In this document: positions 42,220 through 52,183 of the stretch, piece after piece
Layout: each line of letters begins with the position of its first letter
Position numbering within the stretch: the first letter of the stretch is position 1
Virus record (IMG/VR): IMGVR_UViG_3300033148_002931
Span: 6,738-70,737 of that record
Source: a virus
Strand: one strand, 5' to 3'
Length of the DNA: 64,000 nucleotides
Program-made: the position numbers and the translations under genes
Notes under the pieces: model-generated
Told to the model about the DNA's origin: nothing
Seen by the model: the letters and a program-made list of their open reading frames with translations, nothing else
Databases searched by the model: none

Positions 42220-43503
42220 ATGAATAAAAAAGATGAAATATTAGAATTAGTAAATAAATATTGGTTGCCAAAGCAAGATAAATTATTTATACCAGGTGTA
42301 TCTCCAATACCAGCCTCTTTCCCTACAATAAATAGTGAAGATATTGCATCTGTAATAGATATTACACTTGATGGTTGGTTTACTGAATTCAAAGCATGTG
42401 CCCAATTTGGCAAGGCATTAGAAAAATACACGGGCAAGAAACATGCTGTTTTAGTCAATTCTGGTAGTTCTGCTAGTCTGGTAGCAATGTCTACGATGTT
42501 AGAGGGTAGGAGAGAGAAGTTTGTACTAACAACTGCGTTAGCATTTCCAACAACAGTAGCACCCATTTATCAAAATAACAAAATTCCTATCTATATTGAT
42601 GTGGATATAGAAACTCTTTCTCCTAATTGGGAACAGGCTAGAGATATGCTAGACGAACATGGAGATGATATAGCTGGATCAATCTTTACTCATACACTTG
42701 GATTTCCTTATGATGAGCAGAGGTTTAGTGTTGCATTAAAAGAGAAAGATAAATTTTTAATAAGCGATTCGTGTGACTCTCTTGGGGCTAAGGTGGGAAT
42801 AAATGGAGAGCATGCTGGAAGTTTTAGTGATGCAATGACATTATCATTCTTCCCCGCCCATCAGGTGACTTGTGGTGAGGGTGGCGCTATTTTATTTGAT
42901 GATGATGAGTTATATAAGAAGGCAAGAAGTTATGTTAATTGGGGACGCTCATGTTATTGCTTACCCGGACAAAGTAATGCTTGCGGAAAGAGATTTACAT
43001 GGGAAAACAGAGGAACATTACCTGAGGGCTATGACCATAAATATATCTTTGATAGACTTGGGTATAATCTGAAAATGACAGAATGGCAAGCTGCATTAGG
43101 TTTATCTCAGATAAATAAAATAGATGAATTTGTAGACATAAGACAATCAAATTATATTGATTTGAAGTTTAGAATTTGGCAACATATTTTTTTGCCCTCA
43201 ATTAAATTATCTCATACATCCCCATTTGGTGTACCAATTATGGTACACAAAGATGCCCCATTTTCCGCTAACGAAATGATAAAGTTCTTAGAGTCAAAGA
43301 AAATCTATACAAGAAGGTTCTTTGCTGGTAATATTACAAGACAACCCGGATATATGAACTTGCCTTATATTTATAAAGATTTAACCAATACAGATTATAT
43401 AATGAATAGTGGGTTCTGGATAGGTTGTCATCCAGGAATAACAAGACAGATGCTGGATTATATGATAGAGATGATAAATGAATTTGTTGAAAAGTATGAA
43501 TAA
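42220..43503 (+). CDS. rfbH: RfbH/DdhC-type NDP-4-keto-6-deoxyhexose 3-dehydrase
   Basis: VNSGSSA, DSCDSLG, SFFPAHQVTCGEGG (His in place of the aminotransferase Lys), WGRSCYC...CG, GYDHKY, GYNLK. Confidence 0.9.
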   Translation: MNKKDEILELVNKYWLPKQDKLFIPGVSPIPASFPTINSEDIASVIDITLDGWFTEFKACAQFGKALEKYTGKKHAVLVNSGSSASLVAMSTMLEGRREKFVLTTALAFPTTVAPIYQNNKIPIYIDVDIETLSPNWEQARDMLDEHGDDIAGSIFTHTLGFPYDEQRFSVALKEKDKFLISDSCDSLGAKVGINGEHAGSFSDAMTLSFFPAHQVTCGEGGAILFDDDELYKKARSYVNWGRSCYCLPGQSNACGKRFTWENRGTLPEGYDHKYIFDRLGYNLKMTEWQAALGLSQINKIDEFVDIRQSNYIDLKFRIWQHIFLPSIKLSHTSPFGVPIMVHKDAPFSANEMIKFLESKKIYTRRFFAGNITRQPGYMNLPYIYKDLTNTDYIMNSGFWIGCHPGITRQMLDYMIEMINEFVEKYE

Positions 43504-43627
43504 TGTATTCAGTAATTGATACCATAATGTTTGTGATTATTCCTTATATGATTTTTATAGCAATACTAATTCTTCCTCTAGCAATGATTTGGAAGATTAT
43601 AAATATGATTTTTAGAAAGGAGAAAAT

Positions 43628-44551
43628 GTGAGAGTAGTTCTTAGCGGAATATTTTATCCATTTGCAATGCTTTCCTTTTTCTGGAGAGCATTAGAACGCA
43701 GAGAAGATGTAGAATTATGTACTGTGGGGCCATTCACAGGAACGTGGATACCTTGGAATCATTCTATGGATTTATCTCCAAAATATGTTAGAACACCAAC
43801 AGTACCATTACCAAAAGAGGCAATACAACAACAGTTACCAGCAAAGTTTGTAGAAAACTTATTGCCAGGGAAATTCAAGAGCCCTGACTTATGGCTTCAG
43901 GTAGATGCCGGATGGCATGTAACTACTAAACCAGAAGCAACAGTAGTAGCATTAGTCAAAACCGATCCGCATGCTATTCCGAAGAAATATTATGATATTC
44001 CCGCAAGCTATTCTGATAGAGTATTTACAATGCAGACGCCATATCTCATTCCTGGCGAATTCTACTTGCCTTATGCTTATGATCCAGAGATACATTATCC
44101 AATGAAAGAAGTAAAAAAGAAATATGATGTTTGCATGGTTGGATTATTATATCCAGAAAGAAAAAGAATACTAGATATGGCAAAGGCAAGAGGATTAAGT
44201 ACATATTACAGCATAGGTGAAGTTTATGATGAGTATAGACTTCGCTATAATGAAAGCAGATGTGCAATAAATTGGTCTAGTGCTAAGGACTTGCCTACAC
44301 GAGTGTTTGAATATGCAGCAATGGGTATTCCTATGGTAACAAATAGAGTACCCGACCTTAATACATTCTTTGTAGAAAAAGATCACTTCCTCGGTGCAGA
44401 TACAATAGAAGAGGCGATGGAACAAATAATGTTTATTATAGAGAACCCTGAAGAAGCTAATAAGATGGCTTATGCTGCACAAAGAAAAGTAAAAGCTCAT
44501 ACTTGGAAACATAGAATAAATCAAGTATTAGAAATATGTAAGTTAGTATAA
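43628..44551 (+). CDS. CgeB-like GT-B glycosyltransferase
   Basis: YLPYAYDPEIH, YDVCMVG, RVFEYAAMG, HTWKHR. Confidence 0.85.
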   Translation: MRVVLSGIFYPFAMLSFFWRALERREDVELCTVGPFTGTWIPWNHSMDLSPKYVRTPTVPLPKEAIQQQLPAKFVENLLPGKFKSPDLWLQVDAGWHVTTKPEATVVALVKTDPHAIPKKYYDIPASYSDRVFTMQTPYLIPGEFYLPYAYDPEIHYPMKEVKKKYDVCMVGLLYPERKRILDMAKARGLSTYYSIGEVYDEYRLRYNESRCAINWSSAKDLPTRVFEYAAMGIPMVTNRVPDLNTFFVEKDHFLGADTIEEAMEQIMFIIENPEEANKMAYAAQRKVKAHTWKHRINQVLEICKLV

Positions 44552-44562
44552 GGAGAAAGAAT

Positions 44563-45465
44563 ATGAAAGATGTTAAAGATAAGATAAAGACATTGAAAGT
44601 AATTAAACATGCTGGAATACCAACAGAAACAACTACATTAGATGGGAAGAAAGTGTATAGACAAGAAAAGATATATTTGCCTAGTTATGGTAGATATGTA
44701 ATGTGTGCTCCTTATGATAACCATTTTATATACTTGACAGATACAAAAGGTTGGGCAATTATGTGCACGTGTGGAAGTGCAGGAGTAATTTCAGGCTATA
44801 ATGCTTATAAAAATGATGCTTCCCCTACAAGTGGAGAAGGAATAGTGCCAGGGGAGTTGCTTGTTTGTTATACTCATGCAAATACTGGGAGGCACGCTGA
44901 TGGCACAAGTTAAAGTAACAGTAAACATTGAATATTTCAAACTAAAAATGAGAGACAAGAAATGGCATATCTTTAGACGAATAGTAATTCCTAAACCATA
45001 TCGTACACAGGAAGATATGGGATGGATATTTGAGGATGAGAAAGAAGTAGATATGCTAGTTAGTTTCTTGAATGAAGCATGAAAATATTTGCGAATTTTG
45101 ATTTCCAGTTAAATGGTTTAGGATATTCAATTGAGCACTCTAGTGTTACAATAAATAATGAGTATATTAAAGACGTGGTACGTTATCATATTCATTATAA
45201 CGAAATTGAGTTTTTCGAATTAATTGGTAAGGGATATATAAATCCTAAATTTAGGTTGGATTGCGTGGACATTCCAGGGGAACGTGGTGTTACACATTAT
45301 TCTATGTATGCAGATCAAACATACGACTTTTCTTATATAGATATTCCTGAGAGTAAATTTCTTGAAGTTACTAAAAGCTTAGCAGAAATTGCATGTTGTG
45401 GTATTTATTATCGAAGCCATAGAGATTATCCAGAGGGTTATTGGGTATTATCTACTGAGGAATAA
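44563..45465 (+). other. Three hypothetical CDSs (44563-44913, 44861-45082, 45079-45465)
   Basis: ORF track. Confidence 0.5.
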
Positions 45466-45467
45466 TA

Positions 45468-46124
45468 ATGAAAATATATTTGATGGCGCAGGGTAAAGGT
45501 AGTAGATGGGAATGGAATAAGGGAAGAAAGTCTGCTAAGTATAAACAATTAGTCAAAGTTGGTGATGAACCATTGATTGTTAGAACTCTAAGACAATTAC
45601 AAGATAGAGGAGAGACTAATACTTTAGTTATTGCTGATGGAGATTTCTTTCCAAAAGTAAAAGAATATGCTATGCTCCAAACTAATCCTGAGCCAGTAGG
45701 TACAATCAATGAAGGAATATTGTCTTTGTATCGAGGTTGGACGGAGGAGAAACAGTCTGTTTTTTTATTGGGTGATGTGGTATTTAGCAACCAAGCATTA
45801 GATACTATATTGCAAAGTAATCGTAGCTTTGCAATATTTGGTAGGAAAGGAAGAAATAAATATACAAGTAAAGTAGCCAGTGAAATATTTGCAGTTTCTG
45901 TTAGAGGTTCTAAAGTAAAGTGGCTTAAAGAATTATTAATGATACTCAAACGAAAGGAAGCACCTAAGTTATGGGATATGTATGATGTAGTTAAATATCA
46001 ACAGCCAAACCCAATGATAAAAATTGATGATTATACAGATGATGTAGACAGTCCAGGAGAATACCAGGAGTGGTTCAAAACATTAGAAAAATTAGCCCTA
46101 GAGGATGATGCAAATTGGCAGTAA
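45468..46124 (+). CDS. Nucleotidyltransferase (NTP_transferase/LicC/MobA-like)
   Basis: LMAQGKGSRW...KQLVKVGDEPLI, LLGDV, DVDSP. Confidence 0.8.
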   Translation: MKIYLMAQGKGSRWEWNKGRKSAKYKQLVKVGDEPLIVRTLRQLQDRGETNTLVIADGDFFPKVKEYAMLQTNPEPVGTINEGILSLYRGWTEEKQSVFLLGDVVFSNQALDTILQSNRSFAIFGRKGRNKYTSKVASEIFAVSVRGSKVKWLKELLMILKRKEAPKLWDMYDVVKYQQPNPMIKIDDYTDDVDSPGEYQEWFKTLEKLALEDDANWQ

Positions 46125-46957
46125 TAGATTGTTTTAGTTTTTTCAATGAACTTGAATTATTGAGAATACGTTTACATGAGTTATCTGATGTAGTAGATAA
46201 ATTTGTATTAGTAGAGGCTACCAAGACACATTCGGGGTTAGATAAAGTATTACATTACGAAATACATAAAGAGGAATTTGTAGAATTTCAAGATAAGATT
46301 GTTCATGTTATTGTAGAAGATATGCCAATGACTAAAAAAGAGATAGAAAACGCTATTACACCACAGGATAGACATTGGCTAGATACTGGTTATCAGCTAG
46401 GTGATAATTGGGTAAGAGAGCGATTTCAAAGAAACGCAATAATGAGGGCATTACAAGATACTAATCCTAGAGATATTATTATTATCGAGGATGCGGATGA
46501 GATGGTTAGACCAGAGATAATATCTAATCTTGATGCTACAATGGTGGCTGGTTCTAATGCAGTGGGACAGACACTGCACTCTTATTATCTCAATTGGGAA
46601 TGTGTAAATATGCCTTGGTGGGGAAGTAAAATATTGCATAGGGAATTTGTAACTAATCCTAGTGAGCATAGATTTCATACAGTTGCCTCTCAGTATATTC
46701 ATAATGGTGGTTGGCATCTCAGCTATCTGGGTGGCATAAGTGCTATTCAAGATAAGATAAAAGCTTTTGCGCATCAAGAGTTCAATATTCCTGAAGTGTT
46801 CGATGTGATGGAACAAAAGCTTGCACAACAGAAGGATGGGATTGGTAGATTGTATGAATATGAGGTAGTGCCAATAGATGATAGTTACCCAAAGTATATA
46901 CAAAATAACTTAAGAGAGTTTGAACATTGGATGTATAATGAACACTACAAGATTTAA
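46115..46957 (+). CDS. GT17 family N-acetylglucosaminyltransferase-like protein
   Basis: DCFSFFNELELLRIRLHEL..VVDKFVLVEA..THSG, RERFQR, DADE, GWHLSY. Confidence 0.88.
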   Translation: MAVIDCFSFFNELELLRIRLHELSDVVDKFVLVEATKTHSGLDKVLHYEIHKEEFVEFQDKIVHVIVEDMPMTKKEIENAITPQDRHWLDTGYQLGDNWVRERFQRNAIMRALQDTNPRDIIIIEDADEMVRPEIISNLDATMVAGSNAVGQTLHSYYLNWECVNMPWWGSKILHREFVTNPSEHRFHTVASQYIHNGGWHLSYLGGISAIQDKIKAFAHQEFNIPEVFDVMEQKLAQQKDGIGRLYEYEVVPIDDSYPKYIQNNLREFEHWMYNEHYKI

Positions 46958-47639
46958 TCCTACCCCGAATGGTGCATTACACTTAGGGCATGTTTATAAT
47001 ATACTTTTCAATGAACAATTTGCTCATAATAACGGCGGAAAATTTTATGTGCGGTTTGAGGACACTTGTCAAGCTCTTATTACAGAGAATATACCTCCAG
47101 AACATATAAAACCAATTATGCAATTACAAAGAAATGATATAGAATGGTTGGGAATAGATGTTGATGTTTGGGATACTCAAGCTATCTGGAAGGATGAGGC
47201 AGATAAAAAGATAAGCCAATATATAAAACTTGATAAGTTACGTATACCTTATCCTCACAATATGCCGGTATCTATTGGGACAGTAGATGAATTTTATCCA
47301 TATACACCTTACCATACTGCGTTTCGAGTGGTTCTGGATAATATGATTGGTATCACTCATGTTATTCGTGGTAATGAGTTTTTGACTGAGTATTCTTTAT
47401 ATTACTTTTTCTGCGATTTATTTGGTTATGATGTACCACATTTTCTTTATATACCGCGGTTAGTTAGTAGTTCTGGTGATATTTCTAAGTCTCATGGTGG
47501 TTACTCTATTGCAGAATTACGCGCTTCGGGGTATAATCCAAAAGAAATAAGGAAACTACTAAGAGAATCTTGTTTGAAGTGGCCCAATAATGGTTGGACA
47601 TTCCAAAATCTTAAGGTAAACCCACGGGTTAATTTATGA
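46938..47639 (+). CDS. Minimal glutamyl-tRNA synthetase-like catalytic domain
   Basis: TRFNPTPNGALHLGH (HIGH), VRFEDT, ITHVIRGNE, ISKS (KMSKS), LRASGY.P. Confidence 0.88.
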   Translation: MNTTRFNPTPNGALHLGHVYNILFNEQFAHNNGGKFYVRFEDTCQALITENIPPEHIKPIMQLQRNDIEWLGIDVDVWDTQAIWKDEADKKISQYIKLDKLRIPYPHNMPVSIGTVDEFYPYTPYHTAFRVVLDNMIGITHVIRGNEFLTEYSLYYFFCDLFGYDVPHFLYIPRLVSSSGDISKSHGGYSIAELRASGYNPKEIRKLLRESCLKWPNNGWTFQNLKVNPRVNL

Positions 47640-48550
47640 GACGAGTATTAGGATTAATAATTATAAACATAATTTTTATTGTAATTCTTAGTATTGCTAC
47701 ACCTCATTTCTTTAGTAAAAGTAACCTGATAGTATTAGTAGACAACATGGCATTAGAGGCTATTGTTTTGTCTGGATATACATTATTATTAGTAGGTGGA
47801 AACTTCGATCTTTCTGTTGATGGTATTGTGGCATTAAGTGGAGTTTCTGCTGGGCTTATGATGAACTCTGGTATACATTGGATAATCGCTGTTATAGCTT
47901 CTTTATTGCTGGCAGGGATAATTGGGGCAATCAATGGAGTAATAGTAACTAAGATTGGTATTAATGGATTAATTGCTACATTAACAACATGGTGGATATG
48001 TCTTGGGATTACATTTGGAATGACTAAAGCACTTGCACCTTATGGTTTTCCTGAAGTATTTCAGTGGTTCGGACAGGTGAGAGTTCTTGGTTTCCGCTCT
48101 ATTATTTTTTATGCTATCGTGATTACTATAATTTTATCTATTGTCTTACATTTCACAAAGCTAGGATCACATCTTTATCTTAGTGGTGATAATAAGCAAG
48201 CATCAGAAATGATGGGAATAGATACTGCGAGATTAGGAATAATGACATATGTATTAGTAGGTCTATTGGCGGGATTTGTTGGAATTATGCTAACATCTAA
48301 ACTAAATGCTGCTAGTCCTATGGCAGTAGATGGAATGGCATTGCGAGTTATCGCGGCGTCTGTGTTAGGAGGTGCAAATTTAAGTGGTGGTAAAGGTTCG
48401 ATTGTAAGTGGATTATTAGGTTTATGTTTGATGGGCATTCTTAGTAATGCCATTATTCAATTAGGTATATCCCCCTATTTTCAAAAAGCTATATTGGGTG
48501 GGGTATTATTAGTAGCAGTTTTAACAGAAAAAATAAGGAGAACAGAATGA
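47636..48550 (+). CDS. Sugar ABC transporter permease (RbsC/BPD_transp_2 family)
   Basis: GGNFDLSV, GAING, IATL, IAASVLGGANLSGGKGSI. Confidence 0.93.
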   Translation: MRRVLGLIIINIIFIVILSIATPHFFSKSNLIVLVDNMALEAIVLSGYTLLLVGGNFDLSVDGIVALSGVSAGLMMNSGIHWIIAVIASLLLAGIIGAINGVIVTKIGINGLIATLTTWWICLGITFGMTKALAPYGFPEVFQWFGQVRVLGFRSIIFYAIVITIILSIVLHFTKLGSHLYLSGDNKQASEMMGIDTARLGIMTYVLVGLLAGFVGIMLTSKLNAASPMAVDGMALRVIAASVLGGANLSGGKGSIVSGLLGLCLMGILSNAIIQLGISPYFQKAILGGVLLVAVLTEKIRRTE

Positions 48551-49494
48551 AATTACGATTATTAGTTTATATTTTGTTAGTTGTTTTATTAGCGGGATGT
48601 GTTGGAGCTAATCAGCCAGAAGTAGTAGGTGTAGAAGAAAGTAGAACTGGAACTTATTACTTTCTAGCAGCGAATAATGCTGATCCATTCTATATTCCTG
48701 GCGTAGCCGGATTTACTGATGCAGCCGATGCGGTCGGAATGAAGTCGGAATTTGTTGGGCCAATGGAAGCAAGCACCAGTGAACAGATGAAAACATTTGA
48801 AGAGTTATTGGCTAATCCGAAAACGAAAGGTATTTTCTGGTATCCAATGGATACTAATGTTGGCGAGCCTTTAGTAAAAGAGGCAATTGCCAAAAATATA
48901 CCATTTGTAATTGGTGCTGCCGACAGTGCGTTTAAGACTCGTAATGCTTTTATTGGTTATGATAATACAGTTTTGGGAAACCAGGCTGCCGAGTGGGCAG
49001 CTAAGTTAATTGATTGCAAAGGTTCTGTTGGTACAATTGCTACCATTGGTGATAGTTTGACTGAACGTACAGAAGCATTTAATGCGCATATTGCAGAACT
49101 TTGCCCTGATGTAGAAGTACGTGAACGAGCATCGCATGATGGTAGTGCGGTTACAGCTAGTGCAACGATTGATGCTTATGTTGTTGCATATCCAGACTTG
49201 ACGTTACTATGGTTTGCTGATGGAACATCAAGTCAAATGGTGCAGAACTGGAAAGATAAACAGGCACAAGGTATCAAGACACTATTCTTAGCAATGGATA
49301 TGCCTCCTTCTACACTGGAAGCAGTAAGGGATGGTGTGTATGTCGGAAGCGTGGGGCAGGATACTTATACAGAAGCCTTCTGGGGTGTAATGTTACTTGA
49401 CGCGTTGAGTAAAGGTCAACGTGTTCCTGATACATTGTATTTATCGGTTATTATGGTTGATAAAAATAATGTAGATCAGTATATTGAGAAATGA
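48547..49494 (+). CDS. Sugar ABC transporter substrate-binding lipoprotein (RbsB-like)
   Basis: Lipobox LLAGC, DPFY, FIGYDN, ERTEAF, GQD. Confidence 0.9.
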   Translation: MKLRLLVYILLVVLLAGCVGANQPEVVGVEESRTGTYYFLAANNADPFYIPGVAGFTDAADAVGMKSEFVGPMEASTSEQMKTFEELLANPKTKGIFWYPMDTNVGEPLVKEAIAKNIPFVIGAADSAFKTRNAFIGYDNTVLGNQAAEWAAKLIDCKGSVGTIATIGDSLTERTEAFNAHIAELCPDVEVRERASHDGSAVTASATIDAYVVAYPDLTLLWFADGTSSQMVQNWKDKQAQGIKTLFLAMDMPPSTLEAVRDGVYVGSVGQDTYTEAFWGVMLLDALSKGQRVPDTLYLSVIMVDKNNVDQYIEK

Positions 49495-50237
49495 CCCTTC
49501 TTGAAATGAGGAATATCTCCAAGTCTTTTGGGGATATTCATTCTCTTATTGATATAAACCTTGCTATACATCCAGGAGAAGTAGTCGGCTTACTTGGAGA
49601 TAATGGTGCTGGCAAGTCTACTCTTATAAAGATAATGACAGGTTATTATCAACCTAATAATGGTGGTGAGATATACTGGAAGGGTGAGAAAGTAAAACTG
49701 ACTGTTTCTAAAGGTAGAGATTTGGGAATAGAAACAGTTTATCAGGAACGCGCGTTGGCGGAGCAACAAGCTATTTGGCGTAATATTTTCATGGGGAGAG
49801 AGATAACTAGAAATGGGTTTATGAAAATAAAGGAAATGCAAGAAAAAGCTAATGACTTGATGGATAGTATGGGATATAGTGGTTCTTCTATTACATCAAC
49901 AAAGTTAGTAAACACTATGTCTGGAGGAGAAAGGCAAGGTATAGCTATTACTAGGGCATTATACTTTCAGGCGGAACTGATAATCCTGGATGAACCAACC
50001 ATGGGATTATCTATTGCGGAGACACGAAAAGTCTTGGAGTTTGTGAAGAATATAAAAGATGCAGGAAAATCTTGTGTATTCATTGACCACAACATTTTCC
50101 ATGTTTATCCAGTTGCTGATAGAATAGTTGTATTAGATCGTGGGGTGGTAGCGGGTGAATATTATAAGGATGATTTGACGTTAGATGAACTAACGGATAA
50201 ATTGTATCATGTAGCACGTACAGGAACAATGTTATGA
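49491..50237 (+). CDS. Sugar ABC transporter ATP-binding protein (single NBD)
   Basis: GDNGAGKST, MSGGERQ, LIILDEPT, DHN. Confidence 0.95.
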   Translation: MTLLEMRNISKSFGDIHSLIDINLAIHPGEVVGLLGDNGAGKSTLIKIMTGYYQPNNGGEIYWKGEKVKLTVSKGRDLGIETVYQERALAEQQAIWRNIFMGREITRNGFMKIKEMQEKANDLMDSMGYSGSSITSTKLVNTMSGGERQGIAITRALYFQAELIILDEPTMGLSIAETRKVLEFVKNIKDAGKSCVFIDHNIFHVYPVADRIVVLDRGVVAGEYYKDDLTLDELTDKLYHVARTGTML

Positions 50238-51268
50238 ATTTTATGGTAGATGATGAATTTTTATTATTAATGAGCATTAATCCTGATTTAGATGTTCCTG
50301 GATATAATACCCAAATTCTTACTATAGACGAACGCAAAAAATTGCGGGATGTGGGGATACAAACAGTATTAGAATATCTAAATTGGGAACAGATAAACCC
50401 CTCATTAAATCAATATAATTTTGAAGAGATTAGTAATATATTATATAGAAATCGAGAAGCTAACATGAAAATTATTTGTCCAATAACGAATTGGAATTTT
50501 CCTGCCTGGATGCCAGACGAATGGTTTGCCAAACACCAAAGTGGAGAAATTGATCGCAGTGTACTTTCTATATGGCATGAAGATGCACAAAGTGTTGCTG
50601 ATGAATATTATCAGAACTTAATAAATTATTTTGGGGCTAATGATGTATTATTTATTTGGGGCGATTGGCAAGGCGGAGAGGGAATTTATCCCGCCGGGTC
50701 TTGTTTTTATGATGACGCCGCGTTAAATGATTATAAACAAGTTTATGGCACTTCTGCTTATCCTGATATTAATACCCAAGAAACATTAGATTGGTATGGC
50801 AAGAAAATTATAGAGCATTCTCTTAAAAAACAACAAATATTTTACCCTCAATGTAATGAGATTTGGAATATGCAACAATTTTTGATGGACACTTGGACAA
50901 AGGGATTTGGAAACTTTGTTATACCAGAAACATTCCAGGCATTTCGTAATAAATATCCTGATGATTCAATAGTATTCTTGCAATATACTTATTTTGATGA
51001 TGCACATTATAAGATACCTAATGAGGAGTTTGTAGATAATATCAAAAATACATATAATAGTGAAGTAATTGTAGAAGCACATTTTGCCCAAGGATTAAGA
51101 GAAACAACACCAAAAGCTATTGCCAAAGGATTTCGTGGGCAAATTTGTAGTTTATTACATGCACAAGCAGGCTATTTTGCGTTTGAAGATTGGATGTTGG
51201 AAGAAGTAAAAAAATCTAATGACTTGTGGAGAGAGGCAAGAATAAATGAAAATAATAACAATAGCTAG
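50234..51268 (+). CDS. TIM-barrel glycoside hydrolase-like protein (GH42/GH14-like N-terminus)
   Basis: LRDVGIQTV..LNWEQINP..NQYNF, FPAWM. Confidence 0.55.
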   Translation: MNFMVDDEFLLLMSINPDLDVPGYNTQILTIDERKKLRDVGIQTVLEYLNWEQINPSLNQYNFEEISNILYRNREANMKIICPITNWNFPAWMPDEWFAKHQSGEIDRSVLSIWHEDAQSVADEYYQNLINYFGANDVLFIWGDWQGGEGIYPAGSCFYDDAALNDYKQVYGTSAYPDINTQETLDWYGKKIIEHSLKKQQIFYPQCNEIWNMQQFLMDTWTKGFGNFVIPETFQAFRNKYPDDSIVFLQYTYFDDAHYKIPNEEFVDNIKNTYNSEVIVEAHFAQGLRETTPKAIAKGFRGQICSLLHAQAGYFAFEDWMLEEVKKSNDLWREARINENNNNS

Positions 51269-51989
51269 AACACTCAATGAGGAGCGGAATATAGAGAGGT
51301 TTTGTAATTCATATCAAAATATTTCTGACATGATTTTGGTGGCTGATGGTGGTAGTACCGATAACACGATAGAGATTGCAAAATCTTTTCCAAACGTACA
51401 GGTAAGAGAATATACAGAGAAAATAGAATTAGAGAATGGGTTATGGCGTAATCCTGATTGGAAACACATAAACTTTCTAATTGAATGGGCAGAAAATGAA
51501 GGCGCGGATTGGATAATGTTAGATGATTGTGACACTACTCCTAATTATTTACTTCAACAAGATGGTAGAAATGCGTTACTAGAAACTGACCTATCATTTG
51601 TAATGACTGTAAGTCTTTTCTTATGGGGTGAAGATATGCACTTCCCAAGGTTATCTCGTGCAGGTATACATGCTGTTGGGCATATGGATTGGTATGCGGG
51701 GATATGGGCGTGGAGAACTAATCAAGAAATACGAGTGTATGGTGACCCACCACACTTTATGTTTGAGCGTAAGAGTAAACCTGGAATAATGGTAAATTTT
51801 GATACTGAAGATGGGTTGAAATTAATGCCTCCATATTGCAGATTACATAGAAATAGTCCTACGCCTGAAATAGCACAGGAGCGTCAGGATTATTACAAAC
51901 AAAGTGGATTGATACCTGAGATGCTACACCCAATGGCTATTGGTGGAGCATTGGAGAAATTACCAGAGTGGGCGAGGGATAATGAATAG
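51246..51989 (+). CDS. GT2 glycosyltransferase
   Basis: TLNEERNI, DGGSTDNT, DDCD. Confidence 0.85.
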   Translation: MKIITIARTLNEERNIERFCNSYQNISDMILVADGGSTDNTIEIAKSFPNVQVREYTEKIELENGLWRNPDWKHINFLIEWAENEGADWIMLDDCDTTPNYLLQQDGRNALLETDLSFVMTVSLFLWGEDMHFPRLSRAGIHAVGHMDWYAGIWAWRTNQEIRVYGDPPHFMFERKSKPGIMVNFDTEDGLKLMPPYCRLHRNSPTPEIAQERQDYYKQSGLIPEMLHPMAIGGALEKLPEWARDNE

Positions 51990-52183
51990 AAATGCTTGTA
52001 TTTATAGATTAGATCATAACAATAATATGCGATTTGTTTGTAGTGGTAAGACAATAGAAAAGGCGGAAGAATTTCTAATGGCAAATTACAATCCTTCAGG
52101 TAAATCAGTAAATATAAATTGGACTGAAATACAGAGTACAGACTGGCGTGGTGGTGCAGGTATGTGGCATGGAGTAATAAAAA

